Source of the DNA: Lama glama
Taxonomy: Eukaryota
NCBI GenBank assembly: GCA_028534125.1
Contig: CM052838.1
Coordinates: 65,596,001-65,660,000, forward strand
DNA: 64,000 bases
Direction: 5' to 3'
The position numbers and the translations under genes are program-made. Shown here piece after piece: positions 22,901 through 34,900 of this stretch; position 1 is the first letter of the stretch; every line of letters begins with the position of its first letter. The notes under the pieces were generated by a model, which was not told the DNA's origin, did no database searches, and worked only from the letters and a program-made list of their open reading frames with translations.

Positions 22901-25900
22901 CCTCCTCGCTCTGCCCGGCTTCCTGGATCTGGCCGGGGGCCTCTAGTCAGAGGGGAGTCAGCCTCAGTGGTCTCCAGGGTGGGGGAGCTGCTCCCGCCTC
23001 CGACCCAGGCTCCCAGCCCCCCTACCCCATCACAGCTGGTTTTCAGGACCCTCCCACGGGGCCCTCTGGGGCCCTCTGTCTGTCTGCAGTGGTCTCGTTT
23101 GACCCTCCCTGGGGTTAGCTCTGAGGGGCTGTCATCTGGAAATGAAAGGCAGTCCCACACACCCAATTAACAGGCTGTGTTTGGTCTTGTTTTGCAAACG
23201 GGCCCTTTGCTGGAGCCCGGCTGGCTCACCTCCCCGCCCCCGTTCAATTGAGTCCTCAGCCCAGCGCCTTCCCGCCCCCTGGGCCCTGAGATGTGCCTGT
23301 CCCCTCCGTGCACGCACTCGGCCGGGACGTGCTCTGGACGGGGGTAAGGCGGGGAGCGTGTCCCCGTGCGGATGAGGCGGTGGCCGTCAGCCCACCTCTG
23401 GGGCCCTGAGGTCAGGCCCCTCAGCCCGTCCCAGCCCACCCCGAGGCCCACGCGGAGGACCCACGATGGGGCCGCGGGGTCTGCTAGCTTCTGCGGCTAC
23501 TCCTGCACCGAGGGCTTGGCCTCACGCCGCCTTCCTGGCGTGCATGGAGCTGGGCTGGGGTGTGAGTGGCGTCCGAGGCGGTGGAGGGGCCGGGCAGACC
23601 CGAGCCTGAACCTGCTCTCGGCCCGACGCCGGGGGTTTGGCCCACATGCACCTGTAGGGCCCAGAGCTTTGTCCCCTCAAGCTGACCAGGACTGCCATTC
23701 GGGGCGGCTTATCCACTGGTCACTGTCTCTCGAGACCTCCCGGGGGCAGGTGCTAGCGTCACCCAGTCCGTGCTGAGGCCCCAGGTTGTCACAACTGCAG
23801 CTCTGCCCCCGCTGGCACAGCTCTGGGGGAGGGTGCACTGGCGCTGGTGGGGACAGCTGCCTCAGTTCAGGGGCAGGGAGGGGTGCGGTTCCAGCAGACT
23901 CGGCAGCAGCCCTCCCCGGAGGGGCCACCTCGCAGCGGCCAGACTGGCCTCCCCGGGGCCGCTTGGCTGGGGTGCTGGTCTCCCGGACCGGTCAGGCCAT
24001 CAGAGGGGCGGGGGGTCCGGCACTTCCCTGCGGCCCTGCGTTCCCATGAGCCGCTCCGGTGGGGCGCGCAGCCAGCCGCGGATCCGGACCTCCGCCGCGC
24101 GGGGCGGCTGCCCGCACAAAGGGCCGCTCTGCAGCGCGGTGACTGACGGGCGCCCTTTCATCGCGGAAGCTAACCTTTTGGCAGCCACCAGCAGACTGCA
24201 TTCTGCACTGCCGACCGGGAGGACAATGCCACGCTGGCCCTTTGAATGGACTCTGCCACCAACAGTGCCCCATTCACGGCGCTGGGAACCTCTGGGAACA
24301 TTGTCTGCGGGCCGGCGTGGACGCGGGGAGACAGCGAGGAGGCTCCGAAGGCGGCCCGCCTTCCTGGCTTAATCCCCTGTAAAGCTTTGCAGGCCGCATT
24401 TCCCTCGGAGCCGGGTCAGGCCGGGAGGGGGCACGCCGGCCCCACAAGTGGGGGGCGGGGGGGTGTGGGGGCTCGGGTTAAAATGAGAGGCACCTGGTGC
24501 TGCGTTCGCACCTTTCCTGTAAATCTAAGGTTATTCCAAACTTCAGAGCTTACTTAAAAAAACCCGAGAGGGAAACTCTCATCTGGAATGTGTAACCTTT
24601 GAGCCGAGGCTCCAAGCAGCACCTGGTAGCTGCGCCGGCGTCGTGGGCGGACTCACGTTGGCGTCGGAAAACAGCGTTCCCAGTGTTAACAAGGGGCAGC
24701 CAGTGGGTTCACCTGGGCTTTTATTGCAAGTGATAATCTTGATGTTTCTTGTGCAACGAATATTTTACTGTAAGTCTCTCGTTTTACAAGTTAAAAGGAG
24801 ACAAACCTCTTTATTAGTGAAGAGCGTTAAGCTCGGAGACTTGGGAGTGGGCAGCCACACCGGGTGTCCCGGCCTCTGCGTAGGGCCTGGGGTCCCGACT
24901 GCCTGGAGGAGTGGCTCGGACCCTCCACGGGGCCGTGGGGTGGGCTGTGGGGGCCGCCTGCCCCTCTGTGCCCCCCGTGGGGATGGCCCTCTCCCAGGCC
25001 GGCAGTCACGGTCTTGGGGAGCATTTGGGGCGGTGAACAGGGGCAGACACCTCCACTCACACAGTCCTTCCTGAAGTCTCCCAAGCTTTCTGCTGTGAAA
25101 CGAGGTTTTTTTTCCACAAGTGACAGGGCTCTTGTGTCTCCCCTTTGAAATGCAGCCCGGCCAGGTTCGCAGGAACATTTTTACATCACAACTATGAAAT
25201 CTGGGCATAAAGCGCCCCTTTGTCCCCCCAGTATCTCCTCACAAATACAGTCCGTTGTCACAGCGCTGAAGTTAATTTGATCAACATTGGGACATTTAAC
25301 TTTTATGTCCAGTCAAAAGACTTGTTTCACGCTCATTTTGGGCATTCAAAGAAAATGATTGCCAGAAAAATAATGCTGCCCGGAACAATTCCGAGCAATT
25401 AGTTTCCCAGGGTGAGGCGGTGTGATGCGGCCGCCACACAGGGCCCCTTTGTCGTCCCGCGGGCGGTCATCAGTCAGCTGTCAGCTGCTCAAAGACCCCG
25501 GTCTCAGGGTTTCTCTCCCGGCCGTTCCCAGAGCTCGCCTCGCTGAGCAGCCAGCAGAAGAAAAGCCACAGGTCTCCAGGCGGAGGCTGACTCCCTGCTC
25601 CGGGTGCAGGTCACCAGGACGCCCCGCCTGGCTGGCCGCCCTGACCTCGCCTCCCGCCCGACGGCCTGGGGAGCCGGCTGCCGCACCCTGTCCTGGTTCC
25701 AGCCTGCGCCCTCCAGCGCCTGAGTGTCCCGTGTCTGTGTGGGGCCCAGCACGGACACGAGAGTCCCGGGTCCGACGGGCAGCACGGGCCCACACTCCTC
25801 AGCTGAGGGCTCTGGGCTCCCCTGTGTTTCTAGCGTTGGGCAGGCCGGCCGGCCCCAGGAGGATGTGTGTGACGTCTGTGAGCTCACGGTTCCTCACAGC

Positions 25901-28900
25901 TCTGGTGGCCGTGGCTCTGTGACATGTCCTTTACTGAAAGCTAACCCGAGCACCCAGGCCAGCGTGGAGGGCGGTGGTGGAAGTTCCTGCCCTCCACTCA
26001 GCAGCCACACATTTGTGCTTTTCCACACTCGTCCTTCTGTTCAGGAAGGACACGTGGGTGCTCCAGACGCCCCTGCTCTCTGTCCTGACCCTCTTGTGCC
26101 CCTTCCCAAGCCCGTGCCGACGTTCCCTGGACACGCGCTCACTCCCGCCCCAGTCCCGGGCTTGGCGCGTGCGCCGTGCTGTGTTTTGTCCCGAGTCTGC
26201 ATCGTGTCCCTTTGGGGCACGCGGGCTTCCGCCAGCACCTTAGGTAAAGTTCTGCAGGGTCGTGGGGATGGCGGCGCCAGCGCCTCCCTCTGCAGCTCGT
26301 GCTCCTGGCTGTCACGTCCGTGCTGCACTGTGTCCCCTCGGGGCAGCTCCCTCCCACCCCGCACCCAACAGCCGTCTTGCTGGCCTTCCTCTGGGGCGGC
26401 TCAGGGTTTTGCTAAAGGTCAGGCTGTGAACACAGAGTAGTCTGCGTTTCCTGAGCACTGTGTCCGGTGTCTGCTGGCATCGAAGGTGTAAAGGCTCCCT
26501 GGCTTTCCAAGTGCCCCAGTCTTGCTTCCTCCACCACTTAAGTGGAGACCTGAGTGGTCCCAGGAGGCTAAAGGTCTGCTCCGCTCCTCTGGCTGTGGTG
26601 GCCTCTGAAGAAGATGCGCATTTAACATTGTGATGCTCTTGAGAGAACACATCAAAGCACCTGCTGATGGAGGCAGGCGGTGTGGGGGGGAGCGGGGGGG
26701 GGGCGGAGGGGGCAGGGGGGGACTCCTCCTGGCAGCTCTGCCTTGAGGCGTTCTGACGTTCTGACAGGGAGGGGTCACCGACAGGAGCCTGTCCCTGTGG
26801 AGGCTGGCGAAGCGCCTTAGCGGTTGAGAAGTGCCTCCTGCCCCGGCCCCACCTACAGAGGCAGCGGCCTCGGTGTACAGAGTGGAAACGCAGGCCCGGC
26901 AGGTTCCCGCAAACCCGCAGCTGCAGCCACCGCTCCGTCTCCCACAGCTCTGGGGCTGGAGGTCCCGGACGGGGCCCGCGTGATCAGGTCTGGAAGGCCC
27001 GCTCCCCGGCTGGACGGCGGCCGGCTGCCCTGTTGCTGTGTTCTCACGGCACAGAAGGTGCTCTAGTGTCTTTCTTACGAGGACCAGGGCCCCCATGACC
27101 CCATAACCTTCATCGCCTCCTTAGGGCCCGTCTCCCGGAAGCCACATCAGGGGAGTGTGGGAGATGGTTCAGTGCCCTGTGGGCTATGAGTGCTGGCCAC
27201 GAGCTGGCTGAGATGAGAGGGAGTTTCAGAAACGGGGAGCAGTCACCAGGGAAAGGCCCGGACTCGTCACTGACGTCTCCTTGGCCACACGGCTGGCCCA
27301 GCTCACTCTCTGTTCTCACTGCCTCAGGCAGTGGCCTTAGCGTGCTGCGACTTCCCCAGGTCCGTCCCATGTGAGTGTCACCTGCACTGGGCTCAGCCTG
27401 CCCGCTGGAGGGGCATGCGCATTCCTGGCCAGGACAGCATGCTGGGGAAGTCAGGACACCCTGGGCCGGAGGGCGCGTGGTGCCCTGACTGTGCGCTGCC
27501 GGTGGGCAAGTCACTTCACCTGACGCGGGAGGGACATGGCGGCTCGCCCGGCGCTGGCTCAGGTTCTGCTGACAGAAGCCTTTCTGCTTCTCCGGGACCC
27601 TCCCTACTCTGCCCCATGCGCGTCTGGGACAACAAAGTATGACTGTCCACCTGGGGGCTGCCTGCCCGCCCAGGCCCGAGCCCAGGGCAGCACTGGGCGG
27701 GTAGGCGGGGAGCCAAGCGTGACGTCAGTCTGTTGAAGGCAGTTAGGTGTGCGCGATGAACCTTCCGTCAGCTGCTTCAGGCGAAGGGCAGCTTGAACTC
27801 TGGGGTCAGCTGCCAGTCTCAGTCACCTTCTGTGGGCATGGTTTTGCTCTGAGGATGTGGCCTCGCCCGATCTCAGATGTCTGTCGGTACCACCACGTTC
27901 CACAGTTAAAGTCAACACAGGAAGGATCCTGGTGCCAGCCGACCGGGCACGCCAGCCCCTCACTGGCCTGACTCCCAGTCCTGGGGTGAAGGTCTGATCC
28001 TGCCCACGGCCAGCGGGCAGACGCCCTAGGTAGAAACATGTGCCCTCGAATGTTTGGTCGGCACCCCTCCCTCCCGCGGGGCGGCCCCTCTGCGCGGTGT
28101 CCATCATGTGACAGAATCGCCCTTCAGGACGGAGGCTGTTCTCAAGGCCTGAAGCATTGATCTTTACGGCCTTTCTTGTGATTCTCGTTTTGAATCAGGC
28201 CCCCGGTATTGACGGGGACTACTTTTTAATCATAATAGCTCCTGACAAGGTAATTAATTTTAAAACAACTCTTCTTTCTTCCTGGCCCAAATGGCGCTAT
28301 ATTGAAATTAAAAGTGAGTGCACGGGGTGGCGGGGAGCAGAGGCTCTGGGGCACCCCCCTCCCGCTGCTGTGTCTCCCGCTCTTCAGAGTGGGGCTTGTT
28401 GTTGATGGGCCGAGGCCCTCACGTCGAGAGGAGCAGGCAGGGAGCTCAGGCCCTAACGACGGCATCACCAGACTCAGGACACGCTGCTGGAAGAGGCCGT
28501 GCGACGCAGCCTGCTCTCCCTCCGGACCGCCAAAGCTGTTATAGTTGATTCAGCCCCAAACTAAATCTGAAATTTGTCGTTTTTTAAAAAGGAGGTTGCC
28601 TCAAGGTAGGGTCTGCCGTTTAATTAGCCAAACAGTTGCTTGCTTCCTTAATACACACTCCGGGTGTCGGCTGCTCATGCTTCTTGTAAGTTCCTTCCCT
28701 GCCCATCGCAGTGAGATGGTCGGTCCACTGGGCGCCGCTCCGCGGGCAGCAGGGGACGGCGGCGCTGACGTGCCTGCGGGCATCGCGGGAGCCACTCTTG
28801 GCTGTGGGGACCCTGGGCCCCCAGGCGGGATCCACCTCCGTCTTCTGTCACCTCCTCAAGGCCCCCGGGGACCCCAGGACCGGCGTGGCGGCCGCGACTG

Positions 28901-31900
28901 AGCGTGGTGCACTCGTTAAAGCCCGACGTGATGGGGGTGAACGGACCCAGAGTTGGTCCAGAGCTGGCGGGCACGGGCAGGCCCCTGCTCTGCGAAGGGT
29001 CCTCAGCCTGGGGTCGTCCCCTCAGGCTCATGGGGCGGAGGGGCACTTGATCAGAAACGGACCTGACACTTGGGCGTGCAGGCACACACGTATGTTATGC
29101 CACACGTGCTCATGTGACATGTGCGCTGACACCCACCACACACCTGCATCGTGACCCAGACCTCCGGCCTGGAGCAGCACGGGTCCAGGCTGCATAGGTC
29201 ACTGCATTTTCAGCGGGAGACGCCGTGGGATGGCACAGGTGCAGTTGGTTGAATCTGCAGACGCAGAACCGCGGATTTGGGGCCAACTCTGTGCTATTCG
29301 TGGATTTGCTGCCGAGTGGAGGCCTGGCGCCCCTCACCCCGTCTCGTCCAAGGGCCAGCTGTACACACATGCCACACGTGTGTATGTGACGTGGGCAAGC
29401 CAGGGCTGACCCACTGGTGTCCCTGCCAGTGCCCTGTGTCCCATCTCTGGGCAGTATTTCCTCTGCAGGAAGACGTAACTTCAAAAGAAGTGAAACTTCT
29501 GGCCATCGTCACTGTTAATGACAGTCTGTTACAATACGTCCTTTCCTCTTCAAATTCAAGTGTATGAGAGTTAATCCAATTTAAAAGGGTAATGAGACTC
29601 CCTGGAATTTAGCAAGATGATACGGCAATTAATATGCAAGAGAAATTTAAAAACAGTTGAGATAATTTTTGAAGGAATTTCAACAAGAAGGGCTTCCCTA
29701 TAGAAAGTCCTGCTAGTGGGAAGTGTTTGGGAATAGATCAGACGTCTGCAGAGAAGAACAGAGTCTCAGAAAGACCGGTGTGACTCGGGGACTCTGCACG
29801 AGCTCGGGGACGAGGGTGGCATGAGAGGGAATGGCTCGGATCGATCGACGCTGGGAAAATCCATAAACTCAGATCCCTGCTTCACGCGTAATTCCAGATA
29901 GATTAAAGGCTGATGGCGCAACTCGCCTTGGAGATGAGAGAACTTGTCGTGGATCGGCCTCAGAAGAAGCACCAGCAGCCGGGGTCGGGGCGGGGGGCCT
30001 GCGTGGAAGTCAAGGCTTGTGTGTGGCTCGGGTGCTGTGAACCCAGCGTCACCACGCCCGTCTCAGAAGAGGTCAAAGCAGCAGAAGGCACAGAGCGGGA
30101 AGAGCCAGGCAGGTGCAAGCAGGAGGGAGCGCAGGCTCCGGGCGCAGGGGGCGGCCTGCTCGCTGTCCAGGGCTGCGTCCCCTCCAATGCGGCCACACGG
30201 GCAGGGCGCCCAGGCTACCACACCCACGGCAGGGACGCGACTGTCCCCTGGAGGGGGCACCGCCCACTGAGGACGTGGCACCCACCCTGCAGAGCTGGAA
30301 ACACAGCCGCTGTGTCGCTCCCACTCAACCTTGTGGTTCTGTCATAAAAACCTAAATTTTGTCATATTGCCCTGTCATGGGGGGAGGATATAGCTCAAGT
30401 GGTGGAGCACATGCTTAGCAGGCACAAGGTCCTGGGTTTGATCCCCAGTGCCTCCTGTAAAAATAAATAAATAGACGTAGTCACCTTCCTCTCACCATAT
30501 TGCCCTGTCATTCCAGTGTCGCAGCCCTGCCCGCCCACACCCCGGCGCGCCCGCTCCCGCCTGCACTGCGGCTCGTGGGTTTCTAGGTCACCAGCCAGAG
30601 GGATTGGGGTGCACGTGGGCCACGGTGCTCCCTGGCTTTGCCACCCGATAACATTTAGTTCCTCAAAGTCCATCCCCGCGCACGGTCTGGTCTGTCCGCT
30701 GCCCTGGCCCCCAGCCCCGTGCCTTCTGCAGCCGCAGCTGCGTGGGAGGTTGGGGACTGCGTTTGCCGGACCTTCCTTGCTCACGGACCACGGCTCTCAC
30801 ACAGCTGTCTTGTCAGCAGTGGTTCTCATTTTGCTCTGGAGTTGGCGGTGATGGGCGCGCTCTTCCCTCCCCCCGGCCCAGCCTGGGCTCCCGCTGCTGC
30901 GTGGGTGGGCAAAGGGTCGGGGTGAGCGGTGCTCCCAGCCTGGTCACCGTCACCGGGAGGAGAGGCCTGTGAGGGGGCTGCCGACATAACCGCTGACCGA
31001 CATTTGCTGGGTTTGCCTTCTTCAGTTGAAAAATCTTTGTGAAATGAATTGTGATTGATTTAAAACATGGGCAGAATTTTTGAGCAAGGCAGTACCTGGT
31101 GTAAAAAAATGGAATTGCTCTTACTTTGTAACTTTGAAATTATCCCCGAGTGACACTTGGAGAGCGAGTTCAGTGTCCCCCACTGACCAGGAGGAGCCAT
31201 CCAAGGGCCGGGGAGAGCGGCTTGGGTGTCGTGCTTGCCCTGCACGTGCCACCCCCCATCTCCCCCCAGCTCCCCGCCACTTCTCTGAGTCCTTTCCCGC
31301 CCCTTTCCTTCCCGGCGTGGCTGTGGTTCCCACCCAGCGAGGGGCCGCGCTGGCGCACACGCCTCCATGCAGATGGGTCCACGGTAGATTCCGGACAAGT
31401 CTGTCTTCCGCGGCAGGAAGCGCGCGTGTGGGAGTGCGTGGGACAGATGCGGGCTGGCGGGTGGGTGGGCTCAGCACACCTGGTAACTCCTCCCCCGCTC
31501 TCCTCCAGGATCAGCGACCAGAGGTTCGAGAAGGCGTCCTACTTCGTGTTTGGTGATTTCAACTTCCGACTGGATTCCAAGTCCGTGGTGGAGGTAGGCG
31601 CCCCGGCTTCCACTGTGTGTTCAATCCTGTCCGGAAGCAGCAGCGAGGCCGTTGGCTGGAGTGTTCGCGCCATCCTACTCGCTGGTTCTTTTAAGACAAA
31701 CTCCTAACGAAGAAGATCTTATTGTCAGAGAGGGGCGTTATCTGAGGTGAGGTGAGCCGGGGGCCCTTGGTACCGCTGGCTGGTTGGCTGGCTCCTGCCT
31801 GGCGCTGCGCGGACCAGGTTTCCCAGCTGTGGGAGTTGAGGGCCACGTGTGTGACCCTCAGGCCCCTGGGGTGATGCCCCCGCTGAGCGACAGGTGCAGG

Positions 31901-34900
31901 TGTGACCCTGGCCTGGACCCCCACCATCCCAGCCACGTAGCCTTGAAGCGTGGCCTCCTCTGCGCAGTGCCAGCCTCTCCATGACAGCGGTGTGACAGCT
32001 CCTCGGCTCTGGGACGGTGGTCGTGCCTCCGCAGCTCCCCTGGGGCTGCAGCAAAGGGGGGGGCCCCGCCTCCCCACCCCGCCCCAGGTGCGCGTCTCCA
32101 TCCAGGCCTGGGTGTGGGAGGCAGGCTCCTGCCCAGTGTGTTGCACACTGGGCGTGCACTGGTGGAAACAGCAGTAGGAGCCCAGGCTCCGTGCGCTCCT
32201 CTCCAAGCAGCGGCCTCAGGAGCCAGTGACTCTCCCTCCTCTAGAGACTGAGTGGCAGCGGGGGGCTCTGACCAGAGGGGCCCCTGTGCGGGGGGCTCTG
32301 ACCAGAGGGGCCCCTGTGCGTGGGGGGCTCTGACCAGAGGGGCCCCTGTGCGTGGGGGGCTCTGACCAGAGGGGCCCCTGTGCGTGGGGGGCTCTGACCA
32401 GAGGGGCCCCTGTGTGCGGGGGGGCTCTGACCAGTGGGGCCCCTGTGCGGGGGGCTCTGACCACTCGGAGTGTTTTCAAGTAGACGGATGGGTTCCACTG
32501 AGGACAGTAAACCTTCCTCTGGTTCTGCTGGCTTTTCCTTCCTCATTTCGAGTTTGGATCAGTCAGTTATCAGGGTCCAAGGTCCCGTGGGTTCTGCCCT
32601 TGGAGACCCCGGGTGCGGTGCCGTCTGGTTGAAACCTGCCCGTGTGAGATGCCGGGGGCACAGGGAGCCAGGCCCTTCACTCAGCCTCCCCTTCCCAAGG
32701 CCGTGAGCCTGTGAGAACTGGTCGCGCTGGCTGGTATTGGCCCAGTGAGTCTGCTCTGCCCAGCGCAGTCCCCGCTCACCCCGAGGGTCCCTGAGAGGAG
32801 CCCTGGAAAGACCAGAGCTGACCGTGGTGACCGGCCAGCTGCCAGCACATTAGGAAAGGTCAGGGAAGTTTCCAAAGTGGCCTTTTCTTCCTCATAGGAC
32901 AGACACCATGGCAAAGGGTGGAGGCTCTGGACTCAGGCCGGGATTGGTGGGGGTGGGTGGAGGGCAGGGTCTGGTGTCTGTTGCGGGGACTGAGCTGGCG
33001 TTTGGCTCCTGGAGGTTGTGGCGCAGGCAATGGCAGTGGGGGTGGCACAGCCAGGGCTCCTGAAGAGGCACGGTTCCCTCTTCCTTCCGGAGTGCGAGCG
33101 GCCGTGCGCGTGCCATGCAGGCGGTGCTCCCGGGGCTGCACACTCCCTGTTGGGTAACAGCCCAGGTCTCCCTCGAGCAGCATGGCTGTGAAACCAAACT
33201 CCGCCACCTTGGGCTGGAGGGCTGCCCGTCTGGGGAGCAGCTGTGAGTCCTCCAGGAGCTGCACGCTGCTCTGAAAGTCACCCAGGACGCCGGGTGACCA
33301 GAAGCACCGGAGTTTGATGGGCTGCTCAGCTTTTGTCAGGTCTCCCCAGGTCCCTCCTCCTCTCCCTTCAGGAAGACATGGGGCCCTTTCTCTTGATCGC
33401 TTTCCCAACAAACAACGCAGATAAGGAAGCACCTGAAGTCCTGTGCTCAGTACACAGTTCTCACAAATAGCTGTTACTCCAGGGGGCCAGGACCGTGCAC
33501 ACCAGCCTCCCCTCCGGGGCCCTCGCCTTCCACCTGCCTCGCCGCCCTGCACCTGGGCCCAGCCTCCCCAGGCCCCGCCGGCCCCCTCCGCTGGGCCCCG
33601 AGGGGCAGGCCTGTCTCTGGCCCCACGGCCCTGGTGTCCTGCCCTGTGGGCAGCTGGTGACAGACCCAGCGCTGGCCGAGCACACCCGGGACGCTCTGGG
33701 GCCCGTGCACGTCCAGAGCTGGGAGGGCGGTGAGCGGCCCTCTGGTGTCCTTGTCTGCCCTGCCCTGTGTGGGCCTCTGTGTGTGACATCAGGTGCAGAG
33801 CATGAGTTTAACTGCTAGTGAAAGTCATAAATGTTACACATTTACGTGTCCCTTCCCGCGAGGAGGTCAGTTAACACACAGTGAATTACCCGTCTGTCCT
33901 AGGCTTCGTTATGTCCTAGTCGGACGCCCCGTTGACTGCCATGTGGGGCGCCCGGGCTCGGGTGCTGGGGGGCCCAGCGGGACCCACAGGCCGTTCCAGC
34001 TCCCGGGACACCGGGGCTGAGCCCAGGCGGTGGGGCAGGGAGTGGGGCCTCTGCGGGTGCAGGCGGCGCGGGAGGGTGGCCGGGACACCCCCGCCCTCAG
34101 GGCTGCAGCCTGTCCCCCACAGCCCGCCACTTGCTCTCATCAGCAGGCGCCCGGCTGGGGGCTCTTCCCGGGGCTCCCTTGCCCCGGCCTCCAGGCAGCC
34201 CCTCCCGTGAGTCGTCCGGCTGTGCGGCGTCTCTGCGGGGACCTAAGTGCCACCCTGGGACACCCCCGCCCCGAACAGCCCGTGCTCTGGCCCCGCCCCA
34301 CGACGGCCTCATGCCGACACCGCCCGCCCCGCCGCCCCGTGACCCCGCCCCGACCTCTCAGGTCCGCACACCGCGCACGAGGGGAGCCCGGGCCCTGTTG
34401 TCTGGCACTTCCAGAGAGGGAGGCAGTCGGTGGAGTTTAAGTGAATCGTGGGTCTCGGATCGCGCAGTCATTTCTGGAGGGTTTTCATGCACACGTGGCT
34501 CTTTAAAACCTGTGGCTGGATGGCTTGTCAGTGGACAGAAACCTCGCCGTTTTGCACAGTTTGTTACACAAGTAAAGCAAACCAGTGGGAAATGACTTTT
34601 ATTCCAGTTTTTTTACAGTAGAGGTTTCAGCATGGAGTTTTTTTAGGGCCATTTGGCCAAAAGAAGGCTGTAGCCCTGGCGTCAAAGACTGTTCCCTCAG
34701 CGCCAGCAGCAGTGCAACCACCAACCCTCTGTGCAAAGTCCAGGGTGTGCGGAGGCTGAGCCCCCCACCCCGCGGACACAGGGAGCCAGCGGGGAAGCTA
34801 GCTCTGGGGTCCGCCCTCACTCCTTCCAAAATGAGGCCTGTAGTTCCTAAGAGCTGTGGCCGGACCGCGCAGCGTCTGGACCGTGTGTCGCCCCCAGGTC

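Noticed and set aside
30379-30456. tRNA-Ala(AGC) gene
   Set aside because: The tRNA-like head is followed by an AAAT-rich segment and bounded by a TSD, and the B box is altered (GTTTGA); it is a SINE.
32258-32463. CRISPR-like array (about 30-bp partly palindromic repeats)
   Set aside because: Units are head-to-tail without unique spacers, in a mammalian intron, with no cas genes.
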